Below, one piece after another: positions 48,001 through 53,859 of a DNA stretch of 64,000 bases. The stretch comes from a virus. A program made the position numbers and the translations under genes. The stretch lies in IMG/VR virus record IMGVR_UViG_3300045988_100207, one strand, 5' to 3'. The first letter of the stretch is position 1. Each line of letters begins with the position of its first letter. The notes beneath the pieces were generated by a model. The model saw nothing but the letters and a program-made list of their open reading frames with translations. It was not told the DNA's origin and did not search any database.

Positions 48001-50819
48001 TTGTCCGTTCCCAGACTATGCTCCTCGGCAACCGTCTTACCTTGGCTGGCAGACTGGTCTGCGTGTGGCCTCCAGCTAGGGAAAAGCTCATCTTCGAGTG
48101 CTCTCTTCACATGATAGAAGATTCTGTTCTCCTCATCAGTACGCTTCATCGGGTCCTTGCGCATGATTTTGTCAATATCAATAACAATGCTTCCTTCTTT
48201 ACCAAGAAGTTCTTTGATAGAAGCCATGAAGTTATTAGTATAACCTTTGCTTTCTGATCTGAGGTAGCCAAGCAAACCGTTCTTATCTGCATACTTCGTC
48301 CAATCAAGATAGAGCGCACTCTTCTGGTTGTGCAAGTCATTAATCAGTCGGGCATTATTCGGGTCTGTAATATCCTTATTCTCGTCATATCCGTTTTCTT
48401 TAAGGAATCTAAACGCTAGATTAGTGACAGTTCCATCATCATCTATGAACTGCATATCCTTCATCCTTGCGTAGCCCATCAGCGACATCATATCGTCATT
48501 ATCACGATAAAGCTTCTGCTTGTAAAGAATAGCTCTGCGTTCATCGGCATTCTTATAAGATGTACGTGTAAGCAGCGTTCCATTCTTTGTGTATTCAAGA
48601 ATCTGCTTATTCTTCACGTCGTTCACGCTTCGGTAGCTTTTGCCTCTTGTCGTGTTAAACAGTCCCATGGCCGCATTCACCTTCTCTTTGGTGCTCTGAG
48701 AAACGTCAGGGTCGTTCATGAAATCCGTGTAAGCAGTCTTATACTTCGGATCTCTTGGTGCTGTCTTCGATGCACGGTCCACCTTCACGAAAGCATCCAT
48801 CAGATTCTTGCCAGATGCAGAAGAAATCAATTCATTCTTCTCGTCAGGAGTCAGACGAATATCCACGGCAATAGGAGAGCCATTGGCATTCTTTCCAATC
48901 ACGAAATTACCACCGCTATTATGAGTAAGATGATGCAGAATATTGCCCATCTTCACGAAGTTACTAGACTCGCCAGCCTTGAATGCGCCAACCATCACAA
49001 CATCTTCCAGCCAAGTGCCGAATGAAATATCCTTATCACCGGTCACGTTGTCGGCAACCATCATGGTTCCAGCCTCAACGCCCAGTCCGGCGGCCGTAGC
49101 ACCAAACTTCTGCGCGCCATGAAGCAACCGCTCGCCAGTACTCTTCTCCATACCTGTAATACCGAACTTGGAAACCCAAGGAGACATGATTGCGCCCGAA
49201 ACTCCAAACATCGCACCCGTTACCGCACCATGCTCAGCACCTTTCAGACCAGCCTCACCGATAGCCTGCAGCGAAGTATCATCGCCAGTAGAAGCCTGAT
49301 TCAAAGCAGTAGTCACACCCGAATATCCTGCAAGGTTCAGCGCACCTGTTGCCGTTCTGGTTCCCAATCCCGACATGATTTTCTGTGCCGTAGTCATGTT
49401 GGCCACCTTGAAAGCCATCTGCTGGGCGGTAAGCTTCTGTGCTGCCTTCATCACGCCAGCCTTCACCAGTCCGTTAGTCAGAACTCGGGTTCCAGTATTC
49501 ACGGCAGCACTTGCGCCGGCACCGATTACGGCGAGCGGACCAGAATCAGCAGCCATGTTTACTGCAGTAGAAGCGAATCTCGTACCGATTCCCGAGCGAT
49601 AGGTTTCATCCTTGTGTCCGGCAACCTTCTGAATCTCCGCATCACCATCTGCAATGGCAATACCTTCCTGCAATCTCTGTCTTGTATCTCTAGACATAAC
49701 AGATGGAGCCACCACCATACCGATAATAGAGTTACTGAGGTTCTTGACAATATAGTCAAGCGCACCATGAGGCATGATTTCCTCCTGGTTGCGCATCGTC
49801 AGAGCCTTCTGAGCATAGTTCATAATCTCTGGAGTAACGTATTTGTCCACGTATTCCTCTACACTCATGTTCAGTTTCTCTGCGCTCTCGGCAATATGGC
49901 GCTGCATTCCCTTCTGCGAATAAATCTCGTTGATTTTGCTGCTCAGATTGTTCATCAGAACGTTCTGTCGGTTCACTTGCTCCTGTGTCTGTGCATCACG
50001 GAAAGCCTGTTCCTTTACTGACTGAGGCGCATAGATGCCGCCCATCTTGTCAAGGTTCTGCTGATACTGCTGACGTGTCAATTCCTGTGCCTCATTCATG
50101 GAAGAATCTACCAGTTCGAGCAGATCATTACCCAAAATACCTTTGGACTGGCCGTCATTTCTTACGAACTTGTTACCCTCCACCTCATACTGGGCGAATG
50201 CTCTAGCATCGTCCTCTCTCTGCTGCTTGGCTCTAGCCCTGCGAGCTTCAGGAGTAGAAAGCTGCTGCATCGTCTCGTTGAAGTTCTTGGCAGTAGGGGT
50301 TATTCTGCTTCTGCTGATAGGGGTAGCTCTCTGCTGCTCCTGACGTGCTGACTGCTCTTGTGCTCTTTGCATGCGTGCGCGCGCATTACTAGCCTGCGCC
50401 TGCTGCATCGGGTTCATCTGGTCGTTACGCATGTGCATCAACCGCCAGTTCTGCATGTAGTCTGTACCAGAAGTAGTAGCCGTTCTAGGCTGCTGAGCCT
50501 TCTGCTGCCTTGGCTTCCGATACTGAGCTGCGACTTCCTGCGCTCTCTGCTTCATCGTCAGCTTCTTGACAGGCTGAACTGGCTTCTGCTGCTGAGGCTT
50601 CGGATTTACTGCGTGAAGTCCGAGTCGCTGCGCAAACTCCTCATACGAACTACTGGAAACAGCACCGTCTGCATGAAGCGCATCATAGAGCTGCTTTCTG
50701 TTATGATAGCCCTGCTTGCCAGGCGCATACACGAACTGTCTGAAATGTTCTCTAGTTCCCGATACTGCGCCATCGGCTTTCAAGGCGTTATAAAGTTGGT
50801 CAAATTTATCTCCAGCCAT
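33012..50819 (-). CDS. giant multidomain polyvalent protein (5,935 aa)
   Basis: Uninterrupted 17,808-nt ORF. Motifs: DGNGRTMAG (ParB-like), EPSAGNG + NPPF (N6-MTase), GIGKGRQ / DESH / QMRGRIDRTGQ (helicase), HELIH, HEVVGH. Also Gly/Ala-rich hydrophobic segments. Confidence 0.9.
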   Translation of the reverse strand: MAGDKFDQLYNALKADGAVSGTREHFRQFVYAPGKQGYHNRKQLYDALHADGAVSSSSYEEFAQRLGLHAVNPKPQQQKPVQPVKKLTMKQRAQEVAAQYRKPRQQKAQQPRTATTSGTDYMQNWRLMHMRNDQMNPMQQAQASNARARMQRAQEQSARQEQQRATPISRSRITPTAKNFNETMQQLSTPEARRARAKQQREDDARAFAQYEVEGNKFVRNDGQSKGILGNDLLELVDSSMNEAQELTRQQYQQNLDKMGGIYAPQSVKEQAFRDAQTQEQVNRQNVLMNNLSSKINEIYSQKGMQRHIAESAEKLNMSVEEYVDKYVTPEIMNYAQKALTMRNQEEIMPHGALDYIVKNLSNSIIGMVVAPSVMSRDTRQRLQEGIAIADGDAEIQKVAGHKDETYRSGIGTRFASTAVNMAADSGPLAVIGAGASAAVNTGTRVLTNGLVKAGVMKAAQKLTAQQMAFKVANMTTAQKIMSGLGTRTATGALNLAGYSGVTTALNQASTGDDTSLQAIGEAGLKGAEHGAVTGAMFGVSGAIMSPWVSKFGITGMEKSTGERLLHGAQKFGATAAGLGVEAGTMMVADNVTGDKDISFGTWLEDVVMVGAFKAGESSNFVKMGNILHHLTHNSGGNFVIGKNANGSPIAVDIRLTPDEKNELISSASGKNLMDAFVKVDRASKTAPRDPKYKTAYTDFMNDPDVSQSTKEKVNAAMGLFNTTRGKSYRSVNDVKNKQILEYTKNGTLLTRTSYKNADERRAILYKQKLYRDNDDMMSLMGYARMKDMQFIDDDGTVTNLAFRFLKENGYDENKDITDPNNARLINDLHNQKSALYLDWTKYADKNGLLGYLRSESKGYTNNFMASIKELLGKEGSIVIDIDKIMRKDPMKRTDEENRIFYHVKRALEDELFPSWRPHADQSASQGKTVAEEHSLGTDNPDSGVVVDELRNLRNAEQALDAAMDSNDVFKQTFEQLHQQGLTPAQIYDALIQNGLIQEELTPLAQYINANARVQGMQQATADAIEENVKSFISDWSYHGTLNGQAMNGEQALYVQDSNGRTLLVGSGDVAFDQTTGRAKEGSGDMLVCLDPNTKEMVYVKADEVTLLQNQPIDQFAAEYRQRLQMKNSEPYNQAAQEQAMQDAAKAQQEVQPKENKNEEISNNETDGKIRKGDNANSGSDGEAEENASEGDASVQQVEQPQQTRKFADGTDVPMATDSKGRPTPDYASMTPEQSAEILTEDFGENAEKVVDGQIKKAENALKDAEKMKVDYTAEPNDIMEQEALKNQTIEAAKKQLEHAQNIKKTMTAKKVAETVGSTEQTEGAHEAGSVAAQKFVNAPRLVGNKRTRMLPDGETKIKGHYEIVPAESLTPSHDVNNDYKKSEGFPTDAEGRTVNDRDYEHDKAAQQNTDQIARKYNGMAIEQVPVVSDEGIVYDGNGRTMAGQKAAKEGTDAEYINDLLENAENFGFTKEQIEQSGIEHPRLVLVTDERLPYDAATFAKFNRNEKKTQSNTEQAVAKAKTLTSDEVGAIVAEIEGNGSLDAFFNNSKAINDLVKTLVDKGIIGQNEVAQMMDSPERLSAQGREYVKNLLLGSIFKPETIRMLGIDSTVKNKAINAIRSVMDNMKLGEFSLRDEIDQAIQLLYEARQGGNKVDTLLRTPSMFGEDAAKRYPSISQMMALALEGKVSDFRDLLDEYNRIAKARNTGEGNMFEAAPTKEELINEYLNFKKWQDYGTGHSEIEGGHDVSGVEEPQQEASGGNEPAEAERRRVEEPDDLVNKELESRIEVTDEETETPSKNGPIMKQKILIDGDKEVIKVDEPNEKGEYTGSYYEYDGKKFGDLNGVLERIDDKTETSSEEMPKGTIYDRKKALLEEIEKGGIKKKDDAFQLLYKAEDLLDDYLGIPHDEWKPEPSRSNTIAGILSMARNALDRIKNEPVEPATEKQLSYLERLTSDDPTTRKLLEGVKLNKKQATWLIGNIKGLDDNLMRLHPDDIAETEKFIHDGIEYMKKLNGETSKEGGLPLLPKEEKPDPTFDPIAAAAQEFKKEHPLTEEEIMKADVDDLSKDIALDYLNGEVTDDLHRAIYESIFAKTRGQKTEPKVETPKAEPSADPMEGIKNAAEGFEKEKKAKTEKKPQQTADDAAVAASNKKVNDLWDMLKNAGKDEISASFVGLNSRQLEVLPKLVSAMAENAYLRIKRGMHNLEDVVKEMRKEFAPAAKLFKKEDVDAIYEQMMNIRYRDGEQRMSLKEWADYYEKTSPKHQENLVGDSKTAEERKLAEKKFIDTVNLQLGFKHKFNGIVELRKIAERVGLKDIKDTDLQELAETAIVKRARGIASSESTNDAVKFERIKTLYENQPSLNQRDSERVMKQQYSTPAPYAFLADMYVKGKGKVIDSALEPSAGNGMLTIGLPMDKVHVNDIDAQRLANLRRQGFKNVTSQDGTQPFADKDVDVVVTNPPFGSATTKEYDGYKISSLEGQMAINALESMKDDGRAAIIIGGKTEYAKNGSLNPKDKAFLGYLYSHYNVEDVINVDGGLYAKQGTSYPTRIILINGRRLNENAFPPVKDKARAETVKDYDELYKRIEDDILRGERMDSSIGEETRSAQPELDKQGATGTPKEGVRAGKRGGSEPDGKRESDLFDSTSVSGTHDDLENQRGTEPREDGRLSDGDSRTDGTGTEPSPSKEPTTGTNEQRGNGSGGAGRNDAQPNADEPASTGSGSGPRGQLQRVDKSVRGLSTEKVTYTPKSGNPFTLKAVMPADQQEAVNKNLEKLGDADQFLVDELGYNDKDDLYSHLAAEQVDSVALALQQAKKGNAFIIGDMTGIGKGRQAASLIRYAKKQGQVPVYFTKTAGLLSDVYRDLVDIGSPDLRPFVFGSAKEAAITDSDGNVVFALPSKSEVKRVLDYIEKNGKLPEEYDYVLTTYSQVSNGVYEFDENGARKEKKLAKGKTFGAAALSGQRRRDAIEKLMDNAYLILDESHTAGGNSGQGNYFQHIIQKAKNVTFFSATFAKRPDNMPIYALRTAMNEGGMKSSDLIDAVKRGGATLQEIMSQTLTQCGQMIRRERDMTGVTIDWKAIDDPERVQEQREQYDSIIGLFNDIINFQKKYVSSYVDERNDELAAIQSTMGIKKGTAALGIKNQPFASKAFNTVQQVLLSLKAKSAAERAIDYLKQGMKPVIALNNTNESQTGNLALGEEMDAPDLGTSLKKGLEGTLRYTQKDAKDNSESGYIKLSDLGDEAVEAYHELEKKIEQTSTGLSLSPIDVIKNELQKAGYKVGELTGRQTEFVYNDNGTVTKVKRADTDKKKLARDFNDGKIDALILNKSAATGISLHASSKYKDQKKRVMIVAQQQLDVNDEVQMRGRIDRTGQVARGAYEYVVSLIPAEQRLLMMFKAKLKSLDANTTSSQKSKFNEMEVADITNKYGDKVVREYMAEHLDLYARMADPFGWEKSHGDDLSRIDPQTLVASGGGVGDGEAGADASKLLGRMALLRVSEQEKMLQEIGELYANEIQRLNEMGENDLEITELPLKAKTLHKEVWKQGAEPGGDNAFADNTYIEKVNMAILKKPMKASEVKASQDGLTGGKTWDEYKTEKKAAVKEYFDQKIADETQKYEERAVKAATKAKEKYIKDAKKGQKDSGMSDEQIEKMAGYQYDNIYKQEKDKLNDVMKNLKAKAEMFERVLDTFDTNQTFALPTDMNNPNELSGFGNSYGRLIDIKITDNYSPNASSVSFATLDGRRKITFPIVGKVGAGEGNIDVISAIDNMTKQAISMGDSHLRVLNQNFDNWDRLTSNESRKNGYIVTGNLMQALVDSKDQGLGGQLVKYTTDTGEVKTGILMPDRFDPKGLTTDAPINSVAEKFELSSWHGGIDEVTSSDGEVKVKRIDNNRGYYYELRVPKSKAKGGKYFMDEDLLKLVNGNNFETRGNNMLAEFKPEQLKPVLDRLSKMGVKVQEERNTSEDEGTHFREDRGFQYSKTDTKDVKNSRIIPEDVDKNVSSQIEKKFDDRVDELTKDLSNEDKAEFNRHLDYYTSEFSRYKASEITYTLNGLEDEVRFWGRTFGNREKAGRTHLVQLKRAELEAAKTAARREMDYREVRAKALADGYGLRRGAKASFADISRLFEATNQAKEEGTRRLFEKARDIAKRLGVEFGGMDEGDERGNVGEATPERNINLFIDTLSRTYTNPKEAAHTILHELIHQATMGAIHLVKDGKAEGMLTPKQIEAVKTVIDIYNKVKADGRIVWEEGKRRNYGGKDEYEFAAEMAGGKQRKILGLSLGERIMNAVNELRNRGDNSLWQAVKNAWHKLFEISDKSKMDKALNDIMDDFNEKIDDIAMNDIEENGYAYRVTDKDELDRLNKEKTFRMYSGMQEVDGKLYSPMAAIIDGKRTDATEIGAWMGADERPDLVKNGKFQLVKTDKNPGAGEGPVPAAYNPYMHTSTSVMNDQFSGAYARGNIKVVEWEIPESEKTSGYHAEGAKNSVGLVPWTSGTVNSLLPKDRQRSVMLSRWRKAVRILPDEEVAEKIADQLRGTGLAIPWNVVTPNQLRELVKLGVPITTVEQGRQNPETKEKFLKQMAELEQEFPQAKFVNVKMTKDAFNVWGKDGGIKFRTDHGDGNYPTSSVESHIEKVVQKTGAKVNMVSSVDEITNKAAKAAIEEGRKITGWYDEKTGEVHLYMPNIHDRYTAEKTIWHEVVGHKGMSELFGDERFDKFLREVWYDLDKPENAALKKLVDEERKFNPLNIYDAIEEGIARLAEDGKGEPGFWNGIKNKVSDFLHEIGYRVAPNTKDVKYLLWLSKNLQKNPDDPYWKMRAEAVKYRLDHERMPAVVAHDGMFYGNDGKVRSMDNLTKAEWNEATDGEIHFRTTPSAGTALDRYHRSLDEHGYMFTESYMDNMLSLKKLMNAIVPDKKIEDIASSENPYILQNTMQGAMSDAAQMFERNVMKPLDKAMADVLDAFDGKKDDEKIRNFNLYMITKHGLERNREFFVRDFLRNMRMDEQKKQDADFLENSYYSDKEYLDNELKAGNIDLKEYYRQLDESIRNHFDADFEAGEHDYSGMHAIQEVTKSSDPYNDAEAIQSVMDSEAKMESIKKGAVKDYWDKVKAATQYSIDSDYKNGIISKELHGHVSNMFNWYVPLRKYDEATAEDTYGYITEQGDPKSYIGSTIMRARGHKYLSETNVLAQIGAMGNRAIKNGGMNAIRQAFARFARNNSGNNLITETSVWYEKDPVVNIVYERYPDIPEDATADEINQIVSDFNKDMKMKESQGMAYKVYRRDKIGYKFQRAENKSQHIVDVKIAGRTHTFIINGNPRAAQALNGLLENSGAKGIMKPLSSISRMMAQLCTSYNPEFVMRNIMRDAEFASSNVTSKEGARYGALWAKYYAQLGLYKGASNISFKDLSGTTGLGLFAKYRNGTLDMSDKVQRYFKEFMENGGETGWVQIKNMQDWTKEYKKDVKGERSKIDKGGAVLRDFFFGNLANINEVAENIARFATYCASRDSNRSIIRSVYDAKEVSTNFNRHGSGDAIKSFKNGEMTGGKAAARWTYGFTASYLRHCSMFFNAGIQSTNLLVKNLKNHPVGTSINMLAIPFALGALAALGNNVLIASEDEKDRKGVKDPYGELPDYVRRNNLCIYKGGGQFITIPLAIELRAFYGLGDLAAGLTFSPNVSGQKNPALDAVGCMSQLVPVMDYLGNSSAGKEPLNETIKAISPSALSPFVEWELNTDWKGAPIERRGDWNENSPAWQRAYRGVPDGYMAVNKWVNAQTNDVAKGNEDMLGNSFLDMVTNPSMLNHYIGGIGGGAATFTERAIGVIKHGSDTETKDIPFLRSLLYTPNEQSSLQRTKSKWYNYKDEMEKTMANVDRLKSKNVPIDKRITNIGEYFHFQNSKEAAKVRIIELAEKQMKRWKKLRDKSSDTESINFANQNIDRIMMDAVDELDRLE
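36744..36761 (-). other. HExxGH motif 2 (HEVVGH) within the giant ORF
   Basis: EKTIWHEVVGHKGMSELFG. Confidence 0.5.
38235..38249 (-). other. HExxH motif 1 (HELIH) within the giant ORF
   Basis: AAHTILHELIHQATMGA. Confidence 0.5.
40680..42420 (-). other. strawberry-notch/SNF2-like helicase domain within the giant ORF
   Basis: IIGDMTGIGKGRQ (about 42340-42360), LILDESH (41883-41894), QMRGRIDRTGQ (40716-40748). Confidence 0.7.
43140..43712 (-). other. N6-adenine DNA methyltransferase-like domain within the giant ORF
   Basis: Motif I LEPSAGNG (43611-43631), motif IV VVVTNPPFG (NPPF at 43443-43454). Confidence 0.75.
46380..46640 (-). other. ParB/Srx-like domain within the giant ORF
   Basis: HYEIVPAESLTPSHD ... 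VPVVSDEGIVYDGNGRTMAGQKA (DGNGR at 46500-46514). Confidence 0.5.
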
Positions 50820-50836
50820 ATATTATATATTAATGT

Positions 50837-52255
50837 TTATAATCCAAGTTTCTTTGTATTTTTATAGCCGTTCTTCGACTTGCCGGCAGGCTTTGGTCTG
50901 TTTCTCGCATTCCTAGCCGCATTCTGCGAAGCTGCTGCCTGACTGGTAACAGATGCACCCTTTCTTCTTGTGGTGGTCGTTACCTCTGCGCCAGTCTTCG
51001 GATTGATGGTCTTTGTACTGGTAGAAGTAGAAGTCTCGCCCTGCGGAAGCTTGCCGTATTCACGGTAGTACTCCTGTTCCCACATGGTCTTGTTAGGCTG
51101 ATAGCGCATCTTGCCGTTCTTATCCTCAAACCAGTACTTGGCTCCCGAGCCGCTACCGCTCCTGCCTGACCGTCCACCGCCGCCACGCCCCTTATGGGTT
51201 GCGTTATACTGCTGAATAGCCAGACGCTGCCTAGCCTGCTCATCCTTCACCTTGTCACGCTCCTTCTTATACTCGAAGTCACGCTTATCCTTATCCTTCT
51301 TATACTGGGCAGCAGCCTCATCCTTTCCCTTTCGGTACTCAAACTTATCCTTGGCAAGCTGATTACCCTCACCACGAAGACCCATAAGATACTCCTTATA
51401 AACCTGATCAGCCTGTGCTTTTCGGTTATCTAGGTCGAAGTTTGCCTGCTTATAGGCAGCATCCGCATCAAGGGCAGCCTGTCTCTGTCTCTGAGCCTTG
51501 CGGTTTTGATAACCCTGTTCCATCATGGCAGTAGGGTCGTTGAACACCTGCAGAGGCGCACCCTTCGAAGTGTTGATGATGTTTCCCATGTGACGGATAG
51601 CATCTGCAAAGGCTGCAATACGCTCTCGGTTGGTAGTGATTCTGCGGTCATATTCGTCAGGAGTCTCGCCATCACGCATTCCCGGTCTACTCTTCGGTAT
51701 AACCTTGCCGAGCCAACTGAAAAAGCCGCCATCCCTTTTTTTAGGGTCAGCCTCAAACTCTGGAACCTGCTGTTCCTGCGGCATCTGAAAGCCGCTCAGA
51801 GCAGTAGAAAGCGTATCATAGCGAGGTGTTCCGTCAGCATTCCAACCTGTAGAAGGCTGCGGCATTCCCTCAAAATTGCTCTGAGGCTGAGGAGTATTCT
51901 CTGCTGCATCGCCCATGTAAGGAGTCTGTACTGGTCCCAAGGCTGGGTTAGCATTACCACTTCCCTGCGGAACGAACTCTTCCTGCTTAGGCATCTGGGT
52001 GAAGTCTGTAATTGGTGCTGCGCCAGTCTGAACAGGCTGAGCCTCAAACTTACCGGTAGCACCGCCCCCATTCCCGAAGAAGTTAACGCCAGCACCGCCA
52101 TTTACCCCCGCGGCTCCTCCGTTGCCTCCATTCATCACCTGATCATAATCGGGATATTTCGCCCTCATCAGGTCATGCACAGCCTCAGGATAGCCGCCGA
52201 TAGTTACCGGCTTCTTCCTAGGCTGCTGCGTATTCTGATTATTGTTTACTACCAT
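50837..52255 (-). CDS. disordered Gly/Gln/Lys-Arg-rich protein (internal virion or DNA-binding candidate)
   Basis: 472 aa; Gly/Asn runs, K/R/D/E helical middle, GRGGGGRSGRSGSGSG, basic C terminus; immediately upstream of the giant ORF. Confidence 0.55.
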   Translation of the reverse strand: MVVNNNQNTQQPRKKPVTIGGYPEAVHDLMRAKYPDYDQVMNGGNGGAAGVNGGAGVNFFGNGGGATGKFEAQPVQTGAAPITDFTQMPKQEEFVPQGSGNANPALGPVQTPYMGDAAENTPQPQSNFEGMPQPSTGWNADGTPRYDTLSTALSGFQMPQEQQVPEFEADPKKRDGGFFSWLGKVIPKSRPGMRDGETPDEYDRRITTNRERIAAFADAIRHMGNIINTSKGAPLQVFNDPTAMMEQGYQNRKAQRQRQAALDADAAYKQANFDLDNRKAQADQVYKEYLMGLRGEGNQLAKDKFEYRKGKDEAAAQYKKDKDKRDFEYKKERDKVKDEQARQRLAIQQYNATHKGRGGGGRSGRSGSGSGAKYWFEDKNGKMRYQPNKTMWEQEYYREYGKLPQGETSTSTSTKTINPKTGAEVTTTTRRKGASVTSQAAASQNAARNARNRPKPAGKSKNGYKNTKKLGL

Positions 52256-53487
52256 AAGTGTTGCATATTCTTAAATAAGTCTATAACATCATCACCAAAT
52301 AGCCTAACCGTAACCTTTAAGCTTGGAGAAATATCTTTCTGGTTTGTAACGTCTCCATTAGAATTGTCATCTTTGACAGGAGAAAGTTTCTTATCCTCTT
52401 CCTCGCTTAAATCAGGAAGCTGAGGGTTGAAACTGTAGCCATTCGCTAAGCGGCGATATTCTTTGAAGTCTTCTGAACAAATGGGTTTTTCGCAAACTAT
52501 AGCCTTTGCCATCTTCCGAATCATCTTTACAGCTTCAATACCGTATTCACGATACTCCTTAGAGTATTTACGAACCTCTTCAACCAGCTTGGTCTTCTCC
52601 TCCAACTCCTTCTTGGTAGCCGCCAGTTCATTGCCCAAGTCGGCAATTACCTCGTCCTTCTCTGCAATCACCTTCTCTTTATAAGCGAGAGCACTCTCGG
52701 CACTCTTCAAAGCCCGAGCATCAATCTCGTCAACAATCTTGTCTGCAAGCTTCTTCTTCAACTTCTCGTTCTCCCCAACATACTTAAGACCTAACTCGGC
52801 AAGATTCTTCTCACGAATCTTTGTAAGGCGAAGTTCCTCGTTTTTATTGTGGATAATCTTGTTAAGTCGTGTAATCTCCTTGCCGAGATGCTTAATCTTC
52901 TTTCCCTGCTCAGCAATGGTTTGCTTGGAAGAACTAGCAATTTCCAATATGTCGAGCTTTTCATGCTCCAACTTCTTGATCTTCTCAGTCTGTTCGTCAA
53001 CCAAGGCTTTATCGAAGTATCTCGCAGGAATCTCACCTTTTTTCAAATCCTCATTTTCCTTCTCCAGAACTGATTTTTCATAATAGAGTCGGCTGATACT
53101 GTTCTCCTTCTTCTCTACAAGCGAAAGCAAACGAGTAATCTCTTTATTCTGCTCGTCAATCTGCTTTGCCTGCTCATCCAACAAGGCATCGTTGAACTGG
53201 GAAGCTGCTTCTTTAAGGGCAGGGTTGCCTTTCTTTGCTTTCTCTTTACCAGAGACAGGTGCGTTAGCATGCTCTTCAAGCTCCTTCTTCAAGCGAGCCT
53301 CTCGCTCATACCATTCAATAGGAGACAAACCAACAGTCCATCTATTGGCATTGGCTACCTTTATGGCTTCGCAAACTTCTGGCTTCTCAAATTCTCTTAT
53401 CGCACCATTCTGGTATATGACTTTATTCGCTAAAACCATGTGAAAACCTTCCTTCTTCAATATCTTCTTTGCTTCTTCAAATGTCAT
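52249..53487 (-). CDS. coiled-coil protein
   Basis: 412 aa; small N-terminal domain followed by ~300 aa of heptad-like E/K/L-rich sequence. Confidence 0.55.
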   Translation of the reverse strand: MTFEEAKKILKKEGFHMVLANKVIYQNGAIREFEKPEVCEAIKVANANRWTVGLSPIEWYEREARLKKELEEHANAPVSGKEKAKKGNPALKEAASQFNDALLDEQAKQIDEQNKEITRLLSLVEKKENSISRLYYEKSVLEKENEDLKKGEIPARYFDKALVDEQTEKIKKLEHEKLDILEIASSSKQTIAEQGKKIKHLGKEITRLNKIIHNKNEELRLTKIREKNLAELGLKYVGENEKLKKKLADKIVDEIDARALKSAESALAYKEKVIAEKDEVIADLGNELAATKKELEEKTKLVEEVRKYSKEYREYGIEAVKMIRKMAKAIVCEKPICSEDFKEYRRLANGYSFNPQLPDLSEEEDKKLSPVKDDNSNGDVTNQKDISPSLKVTVRLFGDDVIDLFKNMQHLW

Positions 53488-53490
53488 AAT

Positions 53491-53817
53491 CTATTTTGTT
53501 TTATGTTTTAAAAACAGGTTTATAATATCGTGGTATGATGCAGGAATAATGCCGTTATCTGTCTCTTTGTAATAGTAGAATTTAGAACCCCACTCATCAG
53601 ATTCTTTCTTGCTTTCTACCACTTGCACATTTCGGACTTTTCCATCCTTGCATATCAACCGAGCACAATACTCTCTTCTAGTATTTACTCTATGGTTATA
53701 CTGCTCGTCCATTTCTTTTAAGAACTTCCTTAAATCATCTAGCGTTATCTTATTATTGCTAGACTCGAATGGCTTTTCTGTCTGAGACAAAAGACCTTTT
53801 CCTATCTTTACTTCCAT
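53491..53817 (-). CDS. hypothetical protein
   Basis: 108-aa ORF. Confidence 0.5.
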   Translation of the reverse strand: MEVKIGKGLLSQTEKPFESSNNKITLDDLRKFLKEMDEQYNHRVNTRREYCARLICKDGKVRNVQVVESKKESDEWGSKFYYYKETDNGIIPASYHDIINLFLKHKTK

Positions 53818-53859
53818 ATTATTTATATTTAATCATTTTAACACTTCCCGAAAATTTAA

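Noticed and set aside
35319-50021. Many long + strand ORFs inside the giant gene (for example 35319-36200, 36996-38003, 39480-40376 and 49119-50021; 293-335 aa)
   Set aside because: They are antisense to an unbroken 5,935-codon frame that carries bona fide enzyme motifs. Their translations are Leu/Ser/His/Val-rich low complexity, typical of shadow ORFs.
33012-50819. Giant ORF as a crAss/N4-like virion RNA polymerase
   Set aside because: I could find no DxDGD/NADFDGD-type double-psi beta-barrel metal-binding motif and no T7-like polymerase motifs. The recognisable motifs are MTase, helicase, ParB and zincin instead.
51506-52423. 305-aa + strand ORF
   Set aside because: It is antisense to two well-packed - strand genes of the late operon and its composition is shadow-like.
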